A stretch of DNA of 63,835 nt, counting the filler, from Octopus bimaculoides (taxonomy: Eukaryota), in assembly GCF_001194135.2 (NCBI RefSeq). It is 7 parts of 7 records of this genome, joined end to end, with 100 filler letters (N's around TTAATTAATTAA, not from the genome) between each part and the next. Parts side by side here need not be neighbours in the genome. Positions count along the whole stretch, not along the records: positions 20,893 to 44,673 come from NC_068985.1; 6 more parts are not named here. The stretch is one strand, 5' to 3'. The notes beneath the pieces were generated by a model. That model worked only from the letters and a program-made list of their open reading frames with translations, was not told the DNA's origin and did no database searches. Below are positions 22,951 to 34,818 of this stretch, in pieces. Every line of letters begins with the position of its first letter. Positions within the stretch are counted from its first letter, which is position 1. The position numbers were made by a program, and so were the translations under genes.

Positions 22951-24671
22951 TACATTGAATGCTTAATCATGATGGTGAAATTCCTTTGACTTTTTTGCCG
23001 TCGGCTAGAACATTTTTGAGTATCATTTATTTTGATTTATTTTATTTTTATCTTCTACATCGAAACAATATGCGCTTCCTGGTAAGCATATCTGTATACA
23101 CGTATCAGTGTAAATATATACACACGCGCACGCGCAGACACATACGTACATACATGCGTGCATACACGTTTGTGTGTGTGCATGTATGTAGGTATATACA
23201 AATGCGTGTGTATATATACATATATATAGAGATACATATATACATACAGATATATATACTTGCCACCGTGTGCACAAACATACACACACATATGCACCAC
23301 ACACACGTACACACGCATACACCACACACACACACACACACACACGCACACACACACACACACAAACACACACATATATAGACACATATATATTATTTAC
23401 CACCACATATTTCATTTAGCAACCACTCAAATTCAAAGACCAGTTTCTTCATCAGATTAGTACACTATGCTTGACATCATTATACAACGAAATTCTTTCA
23501 GAGTATTCAGCGCTGTTTAACAAGCAATGTAATCTGAAACTGCATTGGAATGGCAACGAGAACGTGTCTTGTCTTAGTTAGTCTGAAACAAAGTTTAAAG
23601 TGTGTACTGTATTAGTCACTTAGAAATACCCGAGAAGTCCGGCTGTCGGTGGTATTTAGAGTGGAACAGAGAACGTGTGAGAAATAAGTGCTGACGGTAA
23701 GGGACCTACACTGTCGAAGCCAATTTAAAATGTTATCGGAATGTAGTAGACATTGTCAGACGTTATAGACTTCAAAGATTTTATTGTAGGCCATTGAAGA
23801 TGTGGTTTGTGTTATTTAATTTAGCAGAGAATACTTAAAGGAATCTTAAGAAATAAAGACAGCCAGAAAGAAAGAGAAACACGCACAGCTACAAACTCCT
23901 GCTGTTACATTATATCAATATGAATTTCATTTAAGTTTAAATTGTTCCGGCAATGATTGTGGCTCTCGCATGTGATAGTATTATACTTGTAAATTATGTG
24001 TGCGTGTGTAAGAGTGTTTGTGTGTGTGAATGTGTGCGTGCGCGCGCGTGTATATATCAAATGGTACACAGACGCACACAAATACATATACGAACACAAT
24101 CGTATGCGTATGCATATGCATATATATATATATANNNNNNNNNNNNNNNNNNNNNNNNNNNNNNNNNNNNNNNNNNNNNNNNNNNNNNNNNNNNNNNNNN
24201 NNNNNNNNNNNNNNNNNNNNNNNNNNNNNNNNNNNNNNNNNNNNNNNNNNNNNNNNNNNNNNNNNNNNNNNNNNNNNNNNNNNNNNNNNNNNNNNNNNNN
24301 NNNNNNNNNNNNNNNNNNNNNNNNNNNNNNNNNNNNNNNNNNNNNNNNNNNNNNNNNNNNNNNNNNNNNNNNNNNNNNNNNNNNNNNNNNNNNNNNNNNN
24401 NNNNNNNNNNNNNNNNNNNNNNNNNNNNNNNNNNNNNNNNNNNNNNNNNNNNNNNNNNNNNNNNNNNNNNNNNNNNNNNNNNNNNNNNNNNNNNNNNNNN
24501 NNNNNNNNNNNNNNNNNNNNNNNNNNNNNNNNNNNNNNNNNNNNNNNNNNNNNNNNNNNNNNNNNNNNNNNNNNNNNNNNNNNNNNNNNNNNNNNNNNNN
24601 NNNNNNNNNNNNNNNNNNNNNNNNNNNNNNNNNNNNNNNNNNNNNNNNNNNNNNNNNNNNNNNNNNNNNNN

Positions 24672-24740
<69 letters not shown>

Positions 24741-27700
24741 CAGACATATGTAGTATATGGATTGATGGAAGGGTGGATAGATGGATGGATGGATGGAGAG
24801 AGCAAAGAAAAGTGAAAGAAAATTATATAGAGAGAAAGAAATAGAAAAGGAGAGATAAATAGATATTGAGCAAATGAGAGAGATAAGAAGAAAGAGTGAA
24901 CGAAATAGTAAAAGTGAAATTTATATATAAAAGTGTGAAATGAAATGATAAAATGCAATGATGTATTTAGTGGTGGTGTTTTGAGGATAATACCTGGCAA
25001 TTATCTACAGAAATGAACGTATGAAGTAAAATGTTTGAAGTAGATTGGCAAGGAATAATGACAAAAACATGAACAAATAGACATCTAAAAACAACAACAA
25101 TAGAATAACACCAATAGCGAAACAACTGTGAAACTTTCATATTGGCCAAATAACTTGCCAGTCATAGCAGCCAAACGGCCCTAAAAACATGTTCTGTTAC
25201 CTAGAAAGGAAAGGACAATTTAGATTGCGTGCTCTGCAATGCATTGTGTTGTATATAACTAAGTAAATAAATAAATAGATAGATAAATAAATAAATGGTG
25301 ATTTTATCACAGCTTGAGTGCCATGATCGTTTGTCTGTGCATCGTGACTGACCTGGAGAGCAACAATAGAAACAACAGAAACAATGCTGAAACAAAGTTA
25401 AATTGAATCAATATTACAAACTTTTAGGGCAATAATAACACCAATATACACTACCAGTGAATGTGAAAAGCTTCCATATTGTCACTAACCTGTTAGGAAT
25501 AAAAACCAAATGTTTCCTCATATCATACAATTACCGTAATTAATAGCGTACATTGCATAAAGTAACAGAATCAAATGTAAATAGGATGGGCACAGCTACA
25601 AGGATTTTTATCATTAATGTGCTCGAGTGATTTTATCAGTACACAAACAGCATAAAGTGATATTACGTGATTCCTCTAAACTACCAGGAACAGCAGGCAA
25701 ATCTCCCCTTAATTACACTTTAAAATTAGAAGAATACATTGGACAATGCAGTTCTGGGTATATGACAATAAGTTAAATGGTAGCTACAGATGGAATGAAT
25801 TTGATCATAAGATTTGGAATTCACAACATCAGCACGAACAACGATGATAATCTGTCAATGACAAAAGCAATACAAGCAACAACAATAACAACAAGAATAA
25901 TTAACCAAATGTAGGGAGCATCTAGTTACTGGAATTTGTCGCCAAATCTATCGAAAAACAAGTTACTCTGACTAAGGTTAAGAAACGTTAGATACTGTTT
26001 CTGGTTTCCTGCACGAAAGTAAAAGAAAAAAGCAGGGCATTTAAAGCAGGGATTTCTTTGGTCAGAAATCTACTTGATTAGGGTGGACTTGAGACTGACG
26101 AACAGCAATAACTACTAGAGTAAGAACAGTATTCAATGGTGGATCCGTGATTGATAGACTTGCTAGAAATAGTAGCCAAATATTCCTTAATGTCTTAATA
26201 GCAAAAATAAGAAATCACAGGTCAGATAGTATCATTTTAAATATTTGGTGTCTGAACAAAACGAAAATAATACGAAACACACGGCTAGAAGGTATTTAGT
26301 AATAGAACTTAGAGACCAGGACAAAACCTGGTATTAGTCAGTAAAACCTAACAACCTCAACGAGAACAGTAGCAACAACAGCAAAAAAGAAAAATAAGAA
26401 GAAAATATTTTACAACAGTAAGCACAACCAAACGAAATAATAATCATGCCAACTCTACATTTGACAAGAGGTATATATGTTGTCATTTGGTCTGCTGAAA
26501 ATAACCGATAAATCTCCTTTAACCTTTTAAATAAATAAATGTTATATTTGACAATAAAGTTCTACGTACTTTTTATAACGACAACTGTTGTAATGCCTTC
26601 CAGCATTTCTGCCCAATCACAGCTGGCTTGAGATTAAAAACAATATCAAAGAATATAAAAGCTACTAATATTCAGTCTAATCATTGCCTACGTAAAAAAA
26701 AAAAAAAGGACAAAAATACTACTTCGAAAATAAATCTAGGTCTTAAGGAAGATACTGCTATGAGATCACTGAATCTCCTAGAAACATAACCTATTTTTCC
26801 ATCCATTTTTACCCGCGAACTTATAAAGTAGAATGTCGAATATGGATGAAATATAAGATAGCCAAGACTGCTTTATGTGGAAAATAAAGAGCAAAATCAA
26901 AAATCATGCATAAATGCGGCCGAGGTCGACTTAACCGTTTACCCTCGGGATTCGATAAAATAAGTACCAGTTGAGTACTGAACTTGATGTAATCGACTTG
27001 GCTGGCCGTTCGCCAAAATTTGAAATCAATATCAATATCATCAATAACTTATTGAATAACAGAAACGACAAGAGTTGATACACAAACAATACCAACATGT
27101 CAACGATAGAGACTGGGCACGGAGACACCATTTTCAGTATATTTCCCTCTATCAGAGCTTAGCATCTTAACGAAGGAAGAACATAACTGTCAATGTAGTC
27201 GGGATATGTTTACTCCACTGGGACTGGTCTTGGGTTAGCCAATAACAGAAGCATTACAACAATACTGATATGAAAAAACATTACTAAAAAGAGACATCAG
27301 AAGTGTGAAGTCAGAGAAAATGACAATAATCAATTTTCATCTTTAATTTTTCGGACAACTACGGGAGGCAACTCTAGGTGACTTCAATAGCAAAGTGAGG
27401 AACCGAAATTGTCTGGAGTTGGCTCTCATAATTATTAGAAAAATTTAATCATTATTAATTTTATCTTCAGTATTTCCAGTTACCTATTTACGTGCTCTCT
27501 GCATAACTAGGTAAGAAGTAACTAACACAGTTTCTCTTGCTATTTTAAAACTTATTTGTTTTTCAAGCATTAAATAATCGATAAAATAGACTACTAGTTA
27601 AGGACGATGGTCGATATAAATCCCTCAGCAGTCACATCTCAGACCTTCTCTCTATGTTATAAAAAAAAATCTACTCACCATAAATTCTCCCCACTCAGTC

Positions 27701-28209
27701 CTTTTCCCAAACCATCACTCTCAAATTTCTTCATACCACTCGTTCTTCTCTCCTCCTCACTTCTCTCTCCCCATATGGTGCAATCCTTTCTAATTCCACC
27801 CGTCACATTCACTATGCTCCATTGTACCAAGGGGTGAAAAGGGCTGAAAGTGTGTCAGTCTACTTTCCATTACATAGATACCTAAAACAATTCGCGAAAT
27901 CATAGGAAATACTACCAGGGCATATTCACTTGCGAGTGATGGATGTGCCATTATGAGGGTGTGCGTGGGGTGGCGGTGAGGTATTTAGTTACGCCTCTTT
28001 CTCTTTTTCGAATCTATGTCCCAGTGAGCTCGAATTTTCCATCCATCTCCTGTCTAGTTCCGGGGACGACTGTATCGACTGATCCTCTCTTCTGAAAATT
28101 GTTGACCGGATATCCAAACCATCATCATCATCGTTTTTGTTGTTGATGTTGTTCTTCTTCTTACTTCTTATCATTTCACTATTATATATAATAGTGAATA
28201 TTAATGGTG

Positions 28210-29695
28210 TAGGGTGTAGTGTCCCATTCAGCGTCATCAACTTTCTCGTCTTCCATCCAGTGTTGATATTTCCTCCTTAATCCATTTGAGGATGGAGGCA
28301 CTACATCTGACAACCGCAACTGCCCAGATAGTCCTCGCGGTAATAAAATTTGTGGTATTCAGGTTGGATTTCAACACCATCTTCACCCTCTTTCGATACG
28401 CCTCGCTGATCATTTCTCTGTGTTGAATGTCATCCCGCTCCAAAATCCATAAATATCTATACCCACTACCGCCGAGTTCACCCAAGGTCTCGCCTGATAG
28501 TAACCGCAATCCTCTGCAGGATGCTTTCTTCCCTCTTTTTATATTAAGTACTGATCATTTGGCAAACCCAAATTCCCTACCGATGTCCCTACCACACTTC
28601 TGGACTGTCTTGGTTAAGAAATCTCTCTTTCTTTCAAATTTTCCAAGCAATTTCAGATCATCGATAAACAGTAGATGGTTCAATGATGGGCCTTTCTTCG
28701 CACATCGGTAACCCATCTTAACTTTCCTAAGTGACATTGCCATGGGTACTAGTGCAATTACAAATAGTAACAGAGAAAACGAGTCACCTTGGAAGATTTC
28801 CCTTTTAATATTAACTTCTCCGAGGAATACATTACTTGAGTACAATTTGGTTTTCCACTCTTTCATGCTATGCATCAGAAAATTTGTGATGTCGTCAGCC
28901 ACACCAAATATCTGCAGGCGTTCAACGATCCAAGAATGAGGCAACATATCATATACCTTCTTAAAGTCAATCCAAGGCATAGACATATTTGTATGTTTTT
29001 TACAATGCCTCAAAACAGATTTATCGATGACCAGGTGAGAACTTATCCTACATCCTTTCTGTTCCCTTGGTAGTATTTCTTCCAGTGCCAGGAAAGTGTA
29101 TGTCTTTGCCACCCATATTCCAGTGAGTATCTTCCAGATTATATTTAAGCATGCTATGGGACGGTAGTTTGCTACAATATTCCACTTTCTTCTATCTTTC
29201 ATTATAAGTGTTATCCTCCCAGTCACCATCAACGCGGGGACTGTACCTTTCTGGACACACTCATTCAACTGGGCTGCCAATCTTTCATGCATCGCGTAGC
29301 ATCTCTTCACCAAAAAGTCATGAATCCCATCTGGTCCGGGGGCTTTCCAGTTATGCACTTTACCCACTTGCTCTTTCACATCACCCGTGCTTATGACAAT
29401 ATTCCTTTGTTTCTTTCCTCCTTGTAAGTCTGTCTTGATAGTTCCTATCCACATTGCATCCCTTTTATGCACCACATTATTTCACCCCCACTCCGCTCAG
29501 AACTCCTTGACTTGATTTGCATCAGGAGCAACGTTTTCCTCATTGTCTCCTTCTAACATTCGGAAGAATTGCTTCGGGTTATTTTTTAACAATCCGTTCT
29601 CCTCGAACTGCTTATTTCTGTTCACAAATCTTCTGATCTTCTGGTTTTTTGCCATGATCCTCTGTTTTAACTGCTCTATTACTGCTTCAAACATT
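28210..29695 (-). mobile_element. Dong/R4-clade non-LTR retrotransposon, 5'- and 3'-truncated, RT domain
   Basis: EQLKQRIMAKNQKIRRF; WKAPGPDG; ANYRPIACLNIIWKILTG; EQKGCR; WIDFKKVYD; IFQGDSFSLLLF; NHLLFIDDLKL; YRYLWILE; TLHP. Motifs are partly degraded. The 5' junction lies in a (TAA/TAG)n tract. Confidence 0.9.
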
Positions 29696-29699
29696 ATTA

Positions 29700-29751
29700 T
29701 CATTATTACTACTACTACTACTACTACTACTACTACACCTACTACTACTCA

Positions 29752-29805
<54 letters not shown>

Positions 29806-29842
29806 CACTACTACTACTACTATTACTATTGTTATTATTATT
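29700..29842. repeat. (TAC)n/(TAT)n compound microsatellite
   Basis: Direct reading; separates the two LINE copies. Confidence 0.95.
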
Positions 29843-30055
29843 AGGGCAGCGAGCTGGCGGAAATGTTAACACGCTGGACGAAATGTGTGGCGGTATTTCG
29901 CCCGTCACTACGTTCTGAGTTCAAATTCTGCCAAGGTCGACTTTGACTTTCATCCTTTCGAAGTCTGTTAAATAAGTACCAGTTACGCACTAGGGTCGAT
30001 GTAACCGACTTAATCCCCACCCCTAAGCTGCCCTTGTGGCAAAAATTTGAAATCA
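29843..30055 (+). mobile_element. SINE family B
   Basis: GGCAGCGAGCTGGCGGAAATG..GAGTTCAAATTC..GGTCGACTTTGACTTTCATCCTTTCG..AATAAGTACCAG; flanked by (ATT)n. Confidence 0.85.
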
Positions 30056-30059
30056 TCAT

Positions 30060-31478
30060 CATTATTATTATTGTCATTGTTTTTATAACTAATTTACCAT
30101 ATTCAGCTGGAGATATCAGCAACGTTCCTGCTGTTCACATTCCGTGAACAAAGGTGGTGCGTTGTTTTTACGTCTCAAGATCTCTACAAATCTCCTTGCA
30201 CTCCAAGTAAAAATGCTGGAGATATTTCTGCATTTTCATTTTCGTTCCTGTCATTTCCAACCATATTTAATTTCTTTATAAACTGTACTTCATGCACCAA
30301 CAATCATTACCATNNNNNNNNNNNNNNNNNNNNNNNNNNNNNNNNNNNNNNNNNNNNNNNNNNNNNNNNNNNNNNNNNNNNNNNNNNNNATATATATATA
30401 TATATACATAGCGCTCTTCATTGACCATAGCTTTTTGATTTCTCTCTTCGGAACTTTATAGCTCGTCAATTTTTGTTTTTCCAGGATTCTGTCGTTCTGA
30501 GGCAAGAGATGGCAATGATCGAGCTCGACTCTTCTTCCTTGACTACCAGTACAATATCGACTTAGCGATGTTTGATTCTATAATCATATTAGATCAAGTA
30601 GTTCCAAAATATATTTGTTCAGTTATTTTCTACCATATTCCTTTGGTTCATGTTCATACCATTTTATCGACTTTTCCTATCCAGAGTTGTTACATCATTC
30701 CCAATGAACCATTCTTGCGTTATTGTCATGCTTTGTCTTGCATAATCTCTGGGCCACTTTGCTGAAGTAGCCTAAAATCAGTCTCACCGTGTCTCTAGTT
30801 TCACTGCACATGCTACAGTTGTCTGATACTGTGCCTGATGTGGTTTGTTTTCAACGTTTGTTCATGCGTTGTTGATATGAAGGCCACTTTCCGGTATCAT
30901 GTCATTTTATTTAGCCACATCTATCTTTTATCCAGATCTGTATTCCTTGTTATCTCTCTCAAGAACTGACCGTGCAACTTCTTATCCTTCTAGTTGCACT
31001 CCCTCTTCGTTTCTGTTTTTATTTTGCAATTCATCTTGTCCAGAACTGTTTAGCATAAGTAATAAATCTGTCTTGCGTACTTGCCCGAGTAATCCTTCCT
31101 TTGCATTTTTCTATATATCCAAGAAACATTGTTTGCTTTTCCTTGAATATAACCCTCACATCATCAATAGCCGTCTTTCGTTGTGTCTTGCCAATTGTAA
31201 CTTATAAACAACTTTTGGGGAAAAAACATAGTGTATTGTCAGTAATTACCTAGTTTTCTTGTCCAAAGATTATAGCTACTTTGTTCGTCATTGTATTATT
31301 CCTGCTCCATGTTCCAAGAAAGCAATCGTTCAGTTATTTATAGCTTGGAACGTTTTTCTCCCATTCGGTTTAGCCCTCAAATACTATCTCAGTCTTCTGA
31401 AATACTCAAGAAATATCTTCATTTGGACTTCCATCAGTTTGCCTATCTTCCAATAGGATTCGATGCGTGTATACCTCC
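30060..31478 (-). mobile_element. Second Dong/R4-clade LINE, 5'-truncated, with thumb, CCHC and REL endonuclease regions and an (AAT)n 3' tail; heavily decayed
   Basis: Degenerate EYFRRLR..FQAINN..LDKKTR..LARH; CSMCSETRDTV; KREIKKLW..VMIVGA. The 5' junction is directly after (AAT)n at about 31480-31500 and the 3' end runs into (AAT)n at about 30060-30080. Confidence 0.82.
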
Positions 31479-31500
31479 TTATTATTGCTATTATTATTAT

Positions 31501-31690
31501 TAAGGCGGCGAACTGGCAGAATCGTTACCGCGCTGGACAAACATGATTGGCGGCATTTTGTCTACCTTTACTTTCTGAGTTCAAATTCCGCCAAGGTTGA
31601 CTTTGACTGTCATCCTTTCAGAGTATACAAAATAGGAACCAGTCAAACACTCCTTCAAAATTTCAGGCTTTGTGCCTATCGTCGAAAGGA
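31501..31690 (+). mobile_element. SINE family B
   Basis: TAAGGCGGCGAACTGGCAGAATCGTTA head and core; (ATT)n on both flanks. Confidence 0.85.
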
Positions 31691-31759
31691 TTATTACTAT
31701 TATTATTGTTATTGTTGTTGTTGTTGTTATCATCATCACATTATTATCAAATCGATATA

Positions 31760-31795
<36 letters not shown>

Positions 31796-32479
31796 ACATT
31801 GACCGGAAAAAGCCTCGATGTGAGGGATAGAGTAAATTATCCATCATAAAAAAAGTAGATAGTAATTAGAAGTTTTGCGAAAGCCTGATATTTTTAAACA
31901 GAACACTAACTGATGGGACCCTTATAGAAGTTTAAATTAATTGGAAATGTAAAGAGATAGAAGATGAGGTGTGAATTGCAAATAGAATAGGTTGGAATAT
32001 AGTAGTAATTAATCAACTGGTCAGAAACACAATATAAAAAAAATAAAAGAAACGGTTGGAATACTATAATAAATGTAAACAAATTTATTTTGATTTGGTT
32101 TTTAAAATATAACAGTATCTACTGGAAAGGTTGAAATTAAACGGAGTGAAAAGTGGAAATACTTAACGACTGTTTTGCCTAAAAGAAAATAGAATGTGAA
32201 TGTTATTTAGTTTTTTTTTGGTTTTTTTTTGAAATCATGTTATTGAAATTAATAAATGCAGAGTTTCATTTGTGGAGCATGAATGATTTATTCAGAATGA
32301 TTGAAATACTTTTTGCAGTTGTGCTAAATAAAAAAAAAAACTGAGCAATTTTAATCTAAAGTTTACAATATTTTGTATTGTGATGTCGGATTTAATTTGA
32401 ATAAGATTTACGTAACTTAACAGTATATTTGATCTTTTTTACCAGTTAGGTACAAAGCCTGGATGTTGGGGGAAGGAGG

Positions 32480-32645
32480 CTCACCTATCTTAACAACTCC
32501 AAAACTTGAGTGCTACTCATCTTATCGACCTCAAAGGATGACAGACAATGTCGACCTCAGTGGAATTCGAACTCAAGATGTAGTGCAGGAAGTAATGCTG
32601 CTAAATTTTATCTCTTGTGTGCTAACGATTCTGCTAGCTCACCCT
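32480..32645 (-). mobile_element. SINE family B (degraded)
   Basis: TACTCATCTTATCGACCTCAAAGGATG..GTCGACCTCAGTGGAATTCGAACTC is the reverse complement of the core. Confidence 0.7.
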
Positions 32646-33072
32646 CTTTTTGATAAGTTGCTTGATGATTGTATTGATGATAATAAAATTCTGGAACGTT
32701 GAAGAACAATATTTATAAAGCATTTCAGTTTGTAAGATCAGTAACTAAACCTGCAAAAGCCACCCCGCTAGTGAGTGATTAGTATATCAGTATTACTAAA
32801 TGACTCCCGACTGGTTGGGATTGGTTGTTAAGCGACCCCGAAGAATGATGATAATGATGAATAAATGAAACAATTTACTTCAAATAAATAAATAAGTTAT
32901 AGGAAGTAAAATGACGATATAACTATAAAATAAAGTACAAAAATCACGTAAAATGAGTGGTATGGTTTTAAAATGTATTGAAAAACACTAAACATAGTAT
33001 ACAATCCATTAGATTACTAGTTAGGAATATCGTATATCGGATTGCAAACCAGGAAAATTCAGAATATGATAG

Positions 33073-33163
33073 AAAGATATATTTTTCAAAGCGTAAATAC
33101 TGATAGAACAGTATACATGGGATACTGTTCTATCAGTATTTACGCGTTGAAAAATATATCTTT
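33073..33163. repeat. Near-perfect inverted repeat (~42-bp arms, 7-nt loop)
   Basis: AAAGATATATTTTTCAAAGCGTAAATACTGATAGAACAGTAT-acatggg-ATACTGTTCTATCAGTATTTACGCGTTGAAAAATATATCTTT; one mismatch. Confidence 0.9.
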
Positions 33164-33344
33164 ATACTTGTACTACAATGCATAGGTAAATAGCGATGAA
33201 CAGTCTTCTATGTACTACATTGGATACGCGGTGTTCGTTTGGTATGTGGATTTTCTGTTTACCTATATTTATCTTGACCATATTATACTGACGAGTAGAG
33301 GTTGTATAATACAACAATAACTACGAAATCATGATGTATAATTC

Positions 33345-33475
33345 AGTCTGTTTTTAAGGGGCTGGCTTTGAGAGTTGCATTTCCTCGCGTTCGGTAAAAA
33401 TGTGTTTTTTATGGTAGTCTGACCTTAGAGTCCCTCATAGCGTGAGGTATTATTGTATAGTAATGCCCTTATATA
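33345..33475. repeat. Dispersed ~130-bp repeat, copy 2
   Basis: Homologous to 21665-21800. Confidence 0.85.
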
Positions 33476-34013
33476 AATAAATATATATTTGAGGTATAAA
33501 TGATGGATGTTTTCCCCTTATGAGGTTTTTTTTCACGCTAACTACTTGATAGTTTCTTGTCAAAGAATTCATCCTATTATTAAATTTATATATATATATA
33601 TATGAGACAGACAGACAGACAGACATAGACAGTGACAGAGAGAGACAACGAGGGAGGGAGAGAGAGATGTATAATATAATATTGACTGTGTTTGGAAATA
33701 TAGTACAACCGTTGGCTAGTAGTGAAGCCTTCGAAGGCAACCCAACTCTTAAGGAACATGTGGTGCATTTTTAAATACGTAAATTATTTGATTAATATAT
33801 GAACATAAAAAATTCAGTGCTAAGAACAAGAAGTGTAAAGTAAGTGCGAATAATATATATATATATANNNNNNNNNNNNNNNNNNNNNNNNNNNNNNNNN
33901 NNNNNNNNNNNNNNNNNNNNNNNNNNNNNNNNNNNNNNNNNNNNNNNNNNNNNNNNNNNNNNNNNNNNATATATACATATATATACACGCATACACACTC
34001 ACACACAAATACA

Positions 34014-34125
<112 letters not shown>

Positions 34126-34129
34126 TGTG

Positions 34130-34770
34130 TAGAACGACATCCTGAAAACGCACAAACTCATCAAATGCAAAAAGCAACACAAATCGCTAATGAGACTACT
34201 AAAAAATGTGAAGCTGTACAAAACAACCACGAAACCAACGGTTAAAAAATGTGGACGCCCAAACTGTGGAACCTGCCCCAACTTACTTGAAGGCTCGGAT
34301 TTCCTTTTCAAACAAGGACAGAGGATCACAATTAAAACTAGCTTCACTTGTGCCTCTGAGAACCTAATTTATGTAATTACCTGCTCGGGTTGCAGATACA
34401 CACAACTATATTAGACAGACGAGTATACCTTGAGAAGGAGAAACGCTCTACATAAAAAGCAAATCCATTTCCCGCAATACAGGCGAATTCCCTCAGTGAA
34501 CATATAGAAAAATGTGCAGATAACATCAAACCAAATTTCAGTCTTCCCCTTCTACCAGACACAATCTCTCCACAAGAACGTTTAAATAAAGAAAGTTTTT
34601 TCATTGAAAAATACAGAACACGTCTTAATGAGCACGCATAACCAACTTGTATCTTTTTACATATTCCAATTCACGATTACATCACTGTACATAAATCTCC
34701 TCACGAAACAAGCTTTTCGAAACCCCCTTTTTTGTGTGTACATATATACTCCCCTTCCCCTACCGAGATC
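34130..34770 (+). mobile_element. Penelope-like element 3' fragment (GIY-YIG endonuclease)
   Basis: KCGRPNCGTCP...FTCASENLIYVITCSGC...LSEHIEKC...ERLNKESFFIEKY; frameshifted. Confidence 0.88.
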
Positions 34771-34777
34771 TAAACAG

Positions 34778-34818
<41 letters not shown>

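Noticed and set aside
28210-31478. Apparent circular permutation of one Dong/R4 element (C-terminal half upstream of N-terminal half)
   Set aside because: The upstream piece extends back to the Y.YLG region, overlaps the other piece and differs in sequence, so these are two independent insertions.
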